A stretch of 64,000 nt of DNA from Eledone cirrhosa (GCA_964016885.1 OZ024743.1:274722001-274786000); one strand, 5' to 3'. Numbered from the stretch's first letter, positions 1 through 14,737 are shown. The notes: a model not told the origin generated them from the sequence alone. Numbers and translations: made by a program.

Positions 1-467
1 TTTTCTCTCTCTCTTTCGTCTGCGACTTCACAAAACTTGCGTTTACCGAATTCGTAGACCAGACCCCTTTATCTTCTTCTTCTTCTTCTTCTTCCTCTTC
101 TCTCCCTTTTCTGTCTCCCCCCCCCCCCCCGTCAAACTTGGGCGAAATTCTTTCCTTGCTCACATTTCAACCAGGTTTGATGGTCTTTTGTCTCTTGTTC
201 ACGATTTCACAGAGTTTATATTCATAGAGATCTGGGACTTGTCTATTTCTACTCACTTTCCGTTGCTAAAACTTTTTTGTTGTTACTCTGGCGTCCCCCT
301 TTATTTACGTGTCCCAACGACTTTTTTTAGCCGTTTTTCGCACCAATCCGAGGCATATGGCCCTTAAAGCGATGAAATGCCCAGGACGGTTGGAGGGTCA
401 CTGATGAAGGACTCACTTTTTCATATGTATCCCATTTGCAACGCCGCAGCTCCATTATTATCATATT

Positions 468-581
<114 letters not shown>

Positions 582-682
582 CAGTGTGCCCCCAAAAAAT
601 GTGTACACATTTTGATTACCTCTACAGCCAATGTTTATTAGAATGCTGTTGAATTGTGTATATATTTTTGGAGAACACCCTA
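582..682. mobile_element. Tc1/mariner-type mini-MITE in (TA)n
   Basis: CAGTGTGCCCCCAAAAAATGTGTACAC / GTGTATATATTTTTGGAGAACACCCTA imperfect TIRs. Confidence 0.55.
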
Positions 683-683
683 T

Positions 684-831
<148 letters not shown>

Positions 832-1004
832 AAGAGAGAAAGAGAGAGAGACAGAGAGAGAGCGGGGTAAGGAGAGGGGAGGGAACTGAGATGTAGGGAG
901 ACCCAGAACGAAGGAAATATATAAATATCGATTGATAGATAGATAGATAGATAGGAATTTATACATGATATACATATGGCGATAAATCTGTTACTATATA
1001 CGCA

Positions 1005-1122
<118 letters not shown>

Positions 1123-1176
1123 CATATATATATTTACAAGTGGTATATATATATATACATATATATATATACAAGT

Positions 1177-1232
<56 letters not shown>

Positions 1233-1237
1233 CAAGT

Positions 1238-1297
<60 letters not shown>

Positions 1298-1299
<2 letters not shown>

Positions 1300-1452
1300 A
1301 GTGGAAACTTGGTAAAATCGAAACCTTTGGCTGTGGTCAAGCAAAGTCGACCTACAATAGTAGGTCTTAAGAGTAATAACATACGTTTAATAGCTTGACA
1401 AATTGAACATTGCGGTAGGTAAACCCAGCCATACAATACCAATGCAACGAAA
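1298..1452 (+). mobile_element. Short interspersed element in (TA)n, unclassified
   Basis: Homologous to the reverse complement of 48544-48723. Confidence 0.7.
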
Positions 1453-1519
1453 GAACTAATATATATATATATATATATAACATTATAAACATCTGTATAT
1501 ATATATACTTTTATATACT

Positions 1520-1562
<43 letters not shown>

Positions 1563-1575
1563 TTGAAAATGAACG

Positions 1576-1611
<36 letters not shown>

Positions 1612-1619
1612 TTGTTTAT

Positions 1620-1793
1620 AATTGTTTCTACTTTTGGCACAAGGCCACCAATTCACCAGTAAATTACTGGTACTTTATTTTATCGACCCCGTAAGGATGA
1701 AAGGCAAAGTTAACCTCGGTGGGATTTGAACTCAGATCGTAAAGGGACGTAACTAAGCTGGAAAGCATGTCCGACCCTCTACCTATACTGCCA
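1620..1793 (-). mobile_element. SINE family A
   Basis: Reverse complement of family consensus. Confidence 0.85.
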
Positions 1794-3054
1794 TGTTTAT
1801 AATGTTTTCCGTACGATGACTCTAATCTACTGTGACGGGGAAATCATTCGCTGCGAAAAATGTGTATTAAAAAAATCCCGACAGCATAGGAAAATGATAT
1901 GGTAGTTCTCATACATGGATATATATATTACACATATATTAATAGATTCTACATATTGGCTTCCAGCGGCTTACTATGACACACAATGTTACATGGTGAC
2001 ATACTGTATTAATGATATACTTATGCTATGACTAGCTTCACAAGTTTTGATTTTTGAATTCTCCAGCTGTATATTGTAAAGGAACTCTCTTAACATTTAC
2101 ACCCATTATATCAAAGTTTGCATCTAATTATTTTCCCATCCGTAATAATCCATAGAATTGGTGTGTGTTTGTAACCTTCTTTATGTTATTTCTTTTGTCT
2201 TTTTTAATGTGAGAAAAATCTTCCCTCGGAAGAAATATATTCAAGCCTATCAATCAACGAAAGAATTCACCACGGTGGTGAAATATGCAGTTGTGTTTAG
2301 TCATAGGTCATCTAACAATTAAAAGGGCCAACTCGAAACATCAAGTTTTCTTTTAGACATATGGTATCTGTAACTACATTATCTAAAAACCAAAAAATTT
2401 AATATTTCAGCTAAGAGATTTCGGTGGGTATTTCTCGCAAGTCTTGTTATTATATTCAGGTTACCATGCTGGCTTGGTGCAGTTAGTTAACTTACATACA
2501 TAAAGCAAATATGCCAATTTGCAATATCTACTTGTAGGATTAGGACTCGGCCGTTCATATCTAAAAATGTTGGCTATTGGCATTGTGCAATACCAGTAAT
2601 GTGATACAAACATACAGAGTTAGTCATATAACTTTATACACCACTTTATATCATTTTTTTAACGGCCTGTCTAGTAAATTATATAGGCTCACCAGGTTGA
2701 AACATATTCCGGTTTCAAGAGACATTAAGCGACTGGGAACATATGTCCGTCTTAAAGTTAACCACACCAGCTGCTGCTGGTACTTGTATTTTCGGCTGAG
2801 TGGACTGGAGCGACATGAAGTGAAATGCCTTGCTCAAGGATATAATGCATCATCCGGTCTGAACACCACATTCAGTGTGCTATGGGTTGAAAGTCGGTGC
2901 CATGCAATGTTGAAATGATTGACATCTTGCATAATATAGTATTAGATAGACTATGTGGAATGTCTGTGATATTACGTTAGCTTTATCAGAGCTGGGCTGG
3001 AGCTAATCAATAGCAACACCTGAAAATTGCACCAATGTACTGACAAGAGTCCGC

Positions 3055-3240
3055 GGTGGATTGGCAGTATCAGTAGAGGGTCGGACGCCATGCTTTTCAG
3101 CATAGAATTACGGCCCTTGCCATTCTGAGTTCAAATCCTGCCGAGATTAACTTTGCCTTTCATCCTTACGGGGTCGATAAAATAAAGTACCAGTAATGCA
3201 CTGGGTAATTGCTGGCCTTGTGCCAAAAGTAGAAACAATT
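3055..3240 (+). mobile_element. tRNA-derived SINE family A (approx. 185 bp)
   Basis: A box TGGCAGTATCAGT, B box GAGTTCAAATCC, core TTTGCCTTTCATCCTTACGGGGTCGATAAAATAAAGTACCAG; more than 10 copies in window. Confidence 0.88.
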
Positions 3241-3899
3241 ATATTAATGGTACTATACAGAGGGAAGAGTACAACATGAATAGACTGTCCAACTATATCC
3301 TCCAAAGCTAGAAATAGCAGCCAAAGCTCTCTTACATAACATACTACTACGATAAAAGACAAAGATGTGTTGTTTAAGGTGATCCTCGATATTTATTGCC
3401 TGAAAGAAAAATAAAGGATGGTCATGACTTGAACACTATAGATTACATATCTGTTCAAATAGAGTTGACGTACGGTTAATGTAGAATTTCTTTAAAAAAC
3501 ATGAAACATTGCATGTCAAAATTTGCATTGTTGAATTTGTAAATATATTGATAGAAACTGGAATTTTTAAATACATGAACAGAAATCAGAATTATAACAT
3601 ACGCGTATATGAAAACAAATAGGCTTCAATAAAGTGAGAAAGCTAATAAAAATTAAGGTATCATAGGCTAGCAATTTTTAAAGGTTTGAAGTATAATCGC
3701 TTAATTTTTTTTAAATATCTACAACGTCATTAAATTTAACAAAGAAAATTAAATTATATAATGTTTGCAATAAACAATAAAATAATAACATTAAATAATG
3801 AAAGTATGGGTAAGGAGGTGAACGGCGGACTCTACACTGAATAGAAATTAGAAGTTGGAAATATAAGAACAGAATTCATTCTTGTATTGTATAGAAAGC

Positions 3900-4060
3900 G
3901 TAGCATAGAGTTACGTCCCTTTGCGTTCTGAGTTCAAATCCTGCTGAGGTTAGCTTTGCTTTTCAGCTTTACAGGGGGTCGATAAAATAAAGTACCAGTA
4001 ATGCACTGAGTCGATTTAACCCCCAAAATTGTTGGCCGTGTGCCTAAATCAGGAACCATT
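3900..4060 (+). mobile_element. SINE family A, partial
   Basis: B box and core present. Confidence 0.75.
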
Positions 4061-5290
4061 ATATAGACTAAGCTATGCTCTCAGGTGGGGGTCGATGGAG
4101 CCTCTATGTAGCTGCTTGATCAGCAAGAAATAGCAGCCAAATTTCTATTTAAAAGAGATACATTGGATAGCGTGATTCTGGGTTCTCTGTATATAAGAAA
4201 AAGACGGGATAGTCACAGGCAGAATGCCTTTGATCATAAGTCTGCTTCATCAGCACATGTCTGGATCAACTCCAAAAACAAAATAAAATGTATACAATGA
4301 TATACATAGATACATACATACATATATGCATTCATATACATACATACACACACATACATATATACATATATACATTCGGATACATACATACTTACTTACT
4401 TACTTACTTAAACATACATACACACATGGGTGAAAATTTCACCACCCGAGATATGATTTAAATTCACTCAACCAAATATCAGAGCGTCGTGGAACATTAA
4501 ATCTTTATGATGAAGATTATGATTGCAGAGATGGAAAGACTTGTGGGTGGTAGTGATAGAAATGTAGATGATGGGAAATTTGGAGGAGTGGGGTGGGAGG
4601 AGGATAGATAACTGTGATGATGGTGGTTTGAAGAAAATGATGAGGAGGAGAAAGTGGAGGATGACGAAGTGGAGGATTGGGTAATAACGGTAATGCTAGT
4701 GATGATGATGATGGTGGTGGTGGTGGTGGTGGTGGTGGTGGTGGTGGTGGTGGTGGTGGTTGTGGTGGTGGAGGAGGAGTTGGTGTGGTGGCAATGAAGA
4801 TGATAATGACGATGACGACGATGATAATGATGATGATGAAGATGATGAAGATGATAATAAAGATGATGAAGATGTTGATGATCGTGATTATGATCATGAT
4901 GATGACAACGATGATGATGATGATGATAATGATGATGATGATGTTGATGATGATAGTGATTGCTGGGCAAAAATCCCAAACAAAATGAGAAAGAAAAATA
5001 AACATAGGTTGGTAGGACTCGGGAATATGGCATTTAAACATTTTAAAAGAAAAAATTAAGACCATTCCCATTTCTAATATCTACATACCTATGTCTTACC
5101 TGCCTACCAACATAGATACATACATACACATACATACATACATACATACATACATACACATACTACATACATACACATACATATATACACATACATACAC
5201 ATACATACATACATAATACATACATACATAATACATACATACTGTACATTATACATACATACAAACATACATATATATACATATATATAC

Positions 5291-5900
5291 ATGGTGGCTG
5301 CCAACTCGTTTACGAGTACGGCCACTACTTTATATCCATGTGGGAGAACCCCTACCGATGCGCTGAACGAGTGTGACTTTTTAGTCCAGCCAGCGACTTG
5401 AAAACTCTGGTACAAACACTACACTTGTGACAATTACTGACACATAGTGCTGGGCCCATGGTACCATGTGACGACAAGTGCAGAGAGATCTCCAGATATA
5501 AAGCAATGCCTGTGCCGTGAAGCTTTTATAGTGAGCAAAGGCACTGCACAAAGCCAGTCCCACTCTCTTAACCAAGATGATATTTACCAAAAAGAAGAAC
5601 AAGTCAACATCATTGGATACCATCAGGGTTGCAGGTGTTATATCAGAGTTTTCCTTCTCCTAGAATTCTGCCTTGACAAAGGCTAAGGGGTCATCTCTCC
5701 CGGTGATTTTGGATGGCCATTGACTCTTAAGAGCTCCTTTGCCCTTTGACAGGTTTTTGTTTTTAGTCCTGCAGGATATCCAATGTCACCCTCCTCACCA
5801 AGAAACCTTGGTGGGGTTGCCAGTTTAGTCGCCAACGACCCGACCATGAGATAGGTTGTACTGGGATACATGTTACCAGTAGCACCACTGGTGACCTGAC
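5291..5900 (-). mobile_element. Non-autonomous RTE-derived retroelement (approx. 610 bp)
   Basis: RTE-type leader motif CTAGGAGAAGGAAAACTCTGA; 3' end GGCCGTACTCG..CGAG..GGCAGCCACCATG; near-identical partial copy at 39289-39687; (CATA)n flank. Confidence 0.75.
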
Positions 5901-6122
5901 ATACATACATACATACATACATACATACATACATACATACATACATACATACATACATACATACATACATACATACATGTGTGTATGCGTATTCATATTG
6001 GTGTTGGGGGAAGACAGTGAGGTAATGATATTAAGGTGCGGGGTGGTGGAGTTGCCTATGTGTGTGAATGTATAAATGTGTGTATATATATATATATATA
6101 TATGCGGGTGGTGTATACACTT

Positions 6123-6177
<55 letters not shown>

Positions 6178-6299
6178 GAGAGAAACATACATGCATACAT
6201 ACATACATGCATAGATACGTACATACATATATACATGCACACATATAACTATATGCAAATATACTCTTTTCTATGACTGTTCATACATATTCAGTACTC

Positions 6300-7300
6300 T
6301 TTACTTTTTTCAGTAAAGATGATTCTGTTAAAAGGCCGCAATCAACTGTGATTCTAAGGGTTGAAAAAATCTAGATGCTAGACAACATTGAATATTCAGA
6401 AATATTGATTCTTCTACCAACAAAGCGACAGAACATTCCAGAACAGCACGATTAAGAAGATGAGTGCCATAGTGGCACCCAATAGTAAATAATTCCCCTT
6501 ACACCACATCTGAAATTCATACCATCAAGATGAGACTAACCAATGTATTTCAGCACAGATGAGATATTGTTTAATGCAAATGCCGGCTTCATTAGCTATG
6601 CTAACCTCTGAGTGTCTCAAGGTTTACCGATGTTTAAGAAGGCATGTATGTAATTCCATGAGATCCCAAGTAATCCATTGGAATTTCTGTGACGGTATTT
6701 GAATACCGCATAATTAACAACGCCCTCTTCTCGTCACTATCAGCAATCGAAAGGTCGTTGATCCACGCAGCTTAATGTTTCCTTGTTATATTGGCACAAG
6801 TCCGTTGATTACAATGCGTTAATAAACTGTAAAATTTACATCTTATCAAGAAAGCATCACACTCTAGTTGTTCTGTTCTATCTGAAGATACTTCTCTATT
6901 CATACTTGCCCAACCTGTTAAATCCACCTTTATCTACCTGAAGAATTAGAATTCCTATTAACGCAGATGAGGATACGGTTTTCTATAGACAAAGAAACAT
7001 GGAAAGATGCCAAGAAACAAACCAAGTGAAAGTTTCTACAACTGCGGGAACCCAATCCACCATGAGGTTTGTGTTGAGATAAAATAAGATGACAAATCAA
7101 TATTACACATTTTATCAAACTTTTGTCTCTCAAATAGTCCAAAATCAGTTGGAAGACCAATAAATTAAAAGTTCTGGCCGCTTCTTAAACAGGAATCAAC
7201 TTTGCTAACAGAGACAATTTTGAAGAAGTGCTATCCCGTCAGTTGCATTAAGTGTGCAGATCCTGTATCTTTTTCAAGAGAGTCGTTGGCATACAAAGAT
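6300..7300 (-). mobile_element. Highly degenerate RLE-type (CRE/R2-group-like) non-LTR fragment
   Basis: ORF 6930-7160 PHGGLGSRSCRNFHLVCFLASFHVSLSIENRIL resembles the post-RT GGLGxR..AFLAS motif; rest of region riddled with stops. Confidence 0.4.
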
Positions 7301-7413
7301 CGAATAAAGTTACACCGATTTTTTTTTTTTTTATCTTAACGGACGACAATTAATGGAAGATGACAGCTGAACATCCCTACGGTGTTTTAGTACTCGCCGA
7401 ACTTGTAATTAAT

Positions 7414-7582
7414 AATTGTTTCTACTTTTAGACACAGTGCATTACTGGTACTTTATTTTATCGACCCCGTAAGGATGAAAGGCAAAGTCAACCTCGGCGG
7501 GATTTGAACTCAGACCGTAAAGGGACGTAACTATGCTGGAAAGCATGGCGTCCGACCCTCTACCGATACTGCCAATCCACCG
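7414..7582 (-). mobile_element. SINE family A
   Basis: Reverse complement of consensus, internal deletion. Confidence 0.85.
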
Positions 7583-8189
7583 CCCTCGGTGTAATTAATA
7601 ATACGTTCACATTTGGCAATATTCAAATTTATGTATAGTTCCTTCATAGATTATTCAGTAGAGTTTAATACTAAGACTAGAAACAATTACCAAGGTACGA
7701 AACATTCAATTCATTTGACACATTATTAACAGCGTTTTTAATTAGTAAACTAAATAGTGCGGGATCTAGCGTATCATCCTGTTGAACTCTTGATTTAGAA
7801 GATATCTGATTCCATCGGAATGTTAGATATTTTCTGAATCATGGGTTTAATAGATGAGATGACGATGACTACCAATCCCATGTGAATGGATATCTATCGT
7901 GGAAACGATCTTTAACAAGTCATCATTTTGACGCGACGGATCGAAATAAAATTAGTTGAGATATTGAACTTGAGAAGGGCTTTAGCTTTATTATGTTCAG
8001 CTTGCAGATAATTACAGAGGATTGGTAGGATCGTTACAGAGGCGGCATTCCTTTCGGATCTCTGAGTTCTGAGTTCAAATCCTACCAATGACACCTTCGC
8101 TTTTTTGGGGTTTTTTGTGGGGTTTGATAAAATGCCAGTCTAGTTCTTGCGGTGATTCTTCTGTCTCTCTTTCCATCTTTATTTCTGTT

Positions 8190-8225
<36 letters not shown>

Positions 8226-8701
8226 TCATTCTCTCTGGGAGAAATCAATTGGGATGAACGTGGAGAGTGATGGACTTGAAAATCTCCGAGTCAGGTCAAA
8301 GGTCATGATGGCGCCCTTTAAGTCCATACCAAGAGTTCTGAGCCAAGACAAAGCAAAGCAGGGTAGGTTCGTGTAGTCATGGACAACATGCACAGCTGCC
8401 TCACACCAAAGGGACGTAACAACAACCACATAAATAGACAACAAATTCATCCTAGTTATGGTTGTTGATTATATCCAAGTAAGCCGAGACGGTGAAGACC
8501 TATGGTCAAAGAAGTTCCAACCTTGACCGTCCTAGTATTTTTCTCCAAACAATAATCAAACTTAAGATGTTAGGGTATGTAATACGAAGATTTGGCTACT
8601 GTTTCTAGAAGGTCGAATAGCCATGTAGAGGTTCCTTTATTAGATCATACGTAATGGTATATCACGTTGATGTTACTTCTGTCCTTATCTTTGTAATCTG
8701 C

Positions 8702-8795
<94 letters not shown>

Positions 8796-8975
8796 GTAGT
8801 AGTAATAGTAGTAGTAGTAGTAGTAGTAGTAGCAGTAGCAGCAGCAGCAGCAGCAGTAGTAGTAATAGTAGTAGTAGTAGTAGTAGTAGTAGTAGCAGCA
8901 GCAGCAGTAGTAGTAGTAGTAGTGGTAGCAGTAGTAGTAGTAGTAGTAGAAGTAGTAGTAGAAGTAGTAGTGTCG

Positions 8976-9028
<53 letters not shown>

Positions 9029-9220
9029 GGTGGTGGTGGTGGTGGTGGTAATAAGTAGGTTACAGTAATAGGTAGGGTTTTGTTATTGTTGCAGCTATTG
9101 TCCCTACATCTGTTGCCTTGGCAGTGAGTACACGTGCGTTCCTATCTGCGTATGCATGTACATGAGTCTGTGCGTGTAGGCGTGTGCATGTAGTTATACA
9201 AACATGCATACATACGCCTA

Positions 9221-9255
<35 letters not shown>

Positions 9256-9884
9256 CCTTATGCATTCAAACGTACACACACACACATCCTTATGCATACA
9301 AACGTATATACACATACAACCTTATGCACACATACACACATGCGCAGACGTACACTCAAAAACACACGCACGCTCTTATACATACACACACACGCTCAAA
9401 CGTATACACAAAAGCACATCACATACGCACGCACACTTGCACAAATTCAATTGCATGTTACACGCATGTTATCTCTAATAAGACATAGAAACACAGACAC
9501 ACACACACACACAACAAACACGCACACAGACCTAACATACCAACACAAGCACACACCCTCACACATACACGTGAGTGTGTATTGCGTACGCAGCATGCCC
9601 ACTCACTCATCACTCATTCACAATCAAAGCATGCAAAAATTCAGAGCGTGTCGCTGGAGGCTATCTTCTATCTTATCTATGGATCGAGAACGCCAAACGT
9701 TTCATCAAACGGTCCCTTTGTTCAAGAAGTGCTTCAGAGATAAGATCCTGCATGTACGTACGGCGTATGTGTGCGTACGTGTGTATGTGTGCATGCGTAT
9801 AATTTATATATATATATATATATGTGTGTGTGTCTGTGTGTGTATATATAAATATATATATATATATTTATATATATGTATATA

Positions 9885-9950
<66 letters not shown>

Positions 9951-10004
9951 TATATACATATATATATACATATATATAAATATATATATATATATTTATA
10001 TATA

Positions 10005-10045
<41 letters not shown>

Positions 10046-10213
10046 ATTGAAAGATTGAAAGAGATGTAATATTAAAGATTCAACAGTTCTCTCTTAGCAT
10101 GTTAACATTAAGTCTCTGATTTGTTCACTTGGATCACGCACACGCGCATATATGTATGTGTATACATATGTATGTATATATGTATGTATGTATATATATA
10201 TATGCATATATAA

Positions 10214-10295
<82 letters not shown>

Positions 10296-10409
10296 GTGGT
10301 CTGCGAATACTCCACTTCGTCCACCAAGTATTGCCTGAACTAGTGCACGTGTGGTACCAGAGTGAATCATCAACCGATTGCTAGTATATATATATATATA
10401 TATATATAT

Positions 10410-10457
<48 letters not shown>

Positions 10458-10662
10458 ATCCATATATATATATATATATATCCATATATATATATATATA
10501 TATATATCCATATATATATGTGTGTGTGTCTGGGTCTGTCTGTGTGTTTGGTGTTCGTCTGTTTGCATCGTTGTGTAAGTGTGTGCGTATGACTTCTTAT
10601 GTGTCGCGAGTGCGTATTCTTAAATTACTCATCATTAACTCTATATTACTTCGCAAGAAATA

Positions 10663-10752
<90 letters not shown>

Positions 10753-10863
10753 TCTCTTTCTTTCTATTGCTGTCTTTCTCAGGATTATGTTGACTCACAT
10801 GAAACCTAACAGGTTCATGAAAGTTCCTACACAAACACATATCTATCTATCTATCTACCTACT

Positions 10864-10905
<42 letters not shown>

Positions 10906-11846
10906 ACTCTCTCACACTCTTACTCTCTCATTATATATATAGTGAGAGAGTGACAGTGTGAGAGAGAGTAAGAGAAAGAGAGAGAGATAAGTAGATATAT
11001 AGATAGATATGAACAAAACAAAATAAACTTAGTGCGACAAAAACACAGTCTTATTAGTTTCACGCTTAGGATATATATAACTATCATATATACATACATA
11101 TATGTATAATTCCTATAATATGAATATGATATATCTATATGAATTTACAATAATAATATCGTAGGTTCGTGTCGTCGACTGGGTTATGTGTTGTGTTCTT
11201 GAACAAAATATTTTATTTCGCATTAGTCGAGTATATACTGAGCTGAAAAATAGAGTACCAACAGTAGTTGGGGGTTTAACCCTTCGGTAGACTGGCGTCC
11301 TATCCGGGCGCCTTGTATTCTCCGTCACATAATGTCAAGGAAATCGGGATAAGACTTTATATACATGTGGGGGAGGGGTGTATGTGTATGTGTGTGTGTG
11401 TGTGTGTGTTTTATATTCAAAAACACGTGCTGGGAATACGAAATGTTGGTCCACCATCGACTCCAACGGGCAAACTCCCTGTGATTGATAGAACTTTTCA
11501 AACCTTTTCACCTAACACTCCCTTTCAACGATGTACATTATCTTATATATAATCTAAAATATACAATTCTCTAGCCACACAGTCAGGATACGTACCCTGG
11601 CCTCTGAGGCAAGCATTTACCAGTATACAACAATTGTTCATTAATAATGCACGATTTTCTTAATTTCTCACAATCTATCGATCAGCCATTTGTAGACCAG
11701 ATGCGAGGTATATTATCTTCGATCGGCCATTTACAGACCAGCCGGTGACCTTAACTAATTTAGTATAATATGGTTATAGAGTAACAAATATAGCTTTTCA
11801 ACCACAGAGAGTTCTTCTCTCATCGGTTGTTTATTTCTACAGGTAT

Positions 11847-11974
<128 letters not shown>

Positions 11975-12660
11975 TGAACATGGGTAAATACCCTTTACTA
12001 GTGTAGATCTTCAGAGGCAGTATAATGAAAAACAGTGACCCTAAATTCGGAATGACTGCGGCCCGCTTGAGCAGGAAGCCCCGTGAAGTGGGGTGGCTAT
12101 TGCAGCGGGTGTTTCTGGCCATTCTCCAAGGTAACGCTTTTAGTGTTTTGTTCGCGAGGTGCGGCTGATGCACCGCTCAGACTGAGGGAAGAGGGGGGGG
12201 GGACTGTCCCCGCCCCTCACGTTTTCTTTCGTTAGTTGATCCTGCTTTCCTTTTTCCCCTTTTATTTTTCTTCTTTTCCTGTTCCTTCTAATAGTATGTT
12301 TTGTTTTTCTCAGCTTCTGCTCCATATGTACTTCTATTTTACATTCATTAATAAAGATACTCTGTATTGTGCAATTAAATAAAACAATTATTTACTTATT
12401 CAATTAATTAACGTGAAAAGTTACTGATGCTGATTATTTCACACACACACACACGTGTACCTTAGTGTAACTTACCTTTGGAATCAGTGTGACACACTAT
12501 GACATGGCAGCACATTTGAATTAGAGCAATAGCTCACCCGATGGGCATCTACATAGATTTTCCTCTACCCAATTTTATTCACAAGACTTTTCCCTCTCTT
12601 TATCTCACGCTTTCTCTTTCCCTCCCTTCTCACACGTATGCACACACACACACACACACA

Positions 12661-12704
<44 letters not shown>

Positions 12705-12886
12705 TACACACTTTTCTCTCTCAATCTCTGTCTCTAGTACAATGTTGCCAATGCAGACGGGATATTCTCGAGACAAGGTTTTCAATACTCAATTGTATCA
12801 ACAATATTACTTGAGAAACAGCAAATGTTAATACATATATTCAACTTAATTATCATGTTGGTTGCTCTTTTTATTCTTTATAGCCA

Positions 12887-12949
<63 letters not shown>

Positions 12950-12954
12950 GTATG

Positions 12955-12985
<31 letters not shown>

Positions 12986-13022
12986 GTATGTATATATATA
13001 TATATATATATTTATATGTATG

Positions 13023-13081
<59 letters not shown>

Positions 13082-13363
13082 TGCATCTTATCTTCCTTAT
13101 AACATTATGTCTTGTATCTACCTAATTTGCTTCCGGTAAGCTTTAAACTTCACTCACGATTACTGATTCTCTGATCGAATTAAGATGGTGGAATGGCTGG
13201 AAAGACTGCACGTTGATTATGTTTAACAGTAATCGAAAGGGGAGAATACCTTGGGGAATCTGATTTTCTTATCTCAGTTTTTCAACATATATATTGTCTT
13301 TTGTATGTATTTAGTGTCTTCCACATACATTGATATTTGCATCGAAATTCCTTGCAATGCACT

Positions 13364-13419
<56 letters not shown>

Positions 13420-13421
13420 AT

Positions 13422-13504
<83 letters not shown>

Positions 13505-13661
13505 AAGTGAGGAAGTGAGGAAGCGTGGAGGGAAGGAGACACAGATATTCACAGAGACCGAAATGAGATGAGATGTGCAATTTCCCATCTGGCCATCAAA
13601 ACGGTTTAAGGTTGACCGGCGGACTCCCCACCCTATAACATTATATATATATATATATATT

Positions 13662-13747
<86 letters not shown>

Positions 13748-13767
13748 TGTGTGTGTGTGTGTGAGTG

Positions 13768-13799
<32 letters not shown>

Positions 13800-13899
13800 A
13801 GTGTATATTAACATAGTATCTGTATACCAGGTTCCACATTGGTCAATCTGAGGCTATCTGGTCAATCACAGTGATAGGCAGTTCCACGCAGTTGAATTG

Positions 13900-14400
13900 A
13901 ACTTGGAAATATATAGATGCCAACCTATTTAACACCAACAACGGTCCTTCGGGTGCTATTAGCAGAGTCCAATTTGTTGAAAACCTTCGGGACATATTTT
14001 TTTTTTAATATCTCTGGTAATGCACGGATAAGTCAAACCGTTATAGCAGAAGATATTAAAAGAACGTATTCGTCCTCAAATCGCAAACACAATCATCAAC
14101 ATAACCGCCGTTCCTGCAAACTATGAATGTCTTCATTGCAACTTTTCAGCTAGGTCAAATGATGACCTAAAACGTAATCTCACGACTTATATCGCTCCTC
14201 AAAACATAGACAACCTGACATTCAATGTCTGCAACCGTCCTTGTAAAAATGGCCTGGAATTACTGATGCGTGCTCACCAAATGGAATAACGTTGAGATAT
14301 TTTCAGTGCTGAAATCCACTAACCGGTTCCTGCCTAGGATCTGCTTTTACATTATTTTCTGTTGAACATTCACGTCATTTTCGACGGGAGACTCCATCAT
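13900..14400 (+). mobile_element. Degenerate RTE-like 3' end with decayed zinc fingers
   Basis: Manual translation YECLHCNFSARSNDDLKRNLTTY and VCNRPCKNG; ends ...CCATCAT like the 38.2 kb tail. Confidence 0.4.
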
Positions 14401-14418
14401 ATATATATATATATATAT

Positions 14419-14620
14419 AACGAAGTAGTTGTGGTAAGGAACCAGATGGATCATAACGTACCAGAGTACTCAATACTTAGGGTACTAGAGTGGGTAATAG
14501 GAGAAAGTAGGACCCCGACGACAGAGCTCAAGCTGTTTCGACGACTATTTCTGGACTAAATTCAGTCCAGAAATATCCGTCGAAACGGCTTGAGCTCTGC
14601 CGTCGGAGTCATACTTTCTC
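14419..14620 (-). mobile_element. Approx. 200-bp hairpin-ended element in (TA)n (putative Penelope-like terminus), copy 1
   Basis: Homologous to 32901-33093, 47648-47843, 48358-48530; terminal approx. 55-bp stem containing GAAACGGC..GCCGTC. Confidence 0.75.
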
Positions 14621-14657
14621 ATATATATATATAAAGCGAGAGAAACAAAGAGATGGT

Positions 14658-14737
14658 TTCTACAGGACTAAAACTGTTTCATTCAAAAGAAATCATCAGA
14701 TGATTTCTTTTGAATGAAATAGTTCTAGTCCTTAGAA
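14658..14737. repeat. Approx. 40-bp-arm fold-back palindrome containing a hammerhead core (minus strand) that lacks the 5' strand of stem I
   Basis: TTCATTCAAAAGAAATCATC-A-GATGATTTCTTTTGAATGAA; minus strand reads CTGATGA..GAAACAG..CTGTA. Confidence 0.75.

Noticed and set aside
1-457. Possible LINE ORF1 (zinc-knuckle-like) remnant; similar basic region at 12000-12325
   Set aside because: No intact CCHC motif; similarity too weak to call
1318-1375. Type II hammerhead (GAAAC..GTC, GACCTAC/GTAGGTC, CTTAAGA)
   Set aside because: Core is non-canonical, stem II does not pair, and the motif is not conserved in the 48.6 kb copy
3055-3145. Functional tRNA gene
   Set aside because: A/B boxes belong to multi-copy SINE heads; no cloverleaf
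4497-5071. His/Asp/Pro-rich ORFs
   Set aside because: (GAT)n/(GGT)n microsatellite artefacts
5815-5900. HDV-like or twister ribozyme in the RTE-derived leader (also 14937-15030)
   Set aside because: Hairpins are present (TACTGG/CCAGTA, GTCG-NNNN-CGAC-TAA), but I could not build P3/L3 or twister pseudoknots consistent in both copies; needs an Infernal search
8240-8365. Plus-strand exon candidate (KSIGMNVES..DKAKQ, then GT)
   Set aside because: Weak acceptor, no recognisable domain, no partner exons
10773-10823. Hammerhead remnant GAAACCTAACAGGTT
   Set aside because: No CUGANGA box
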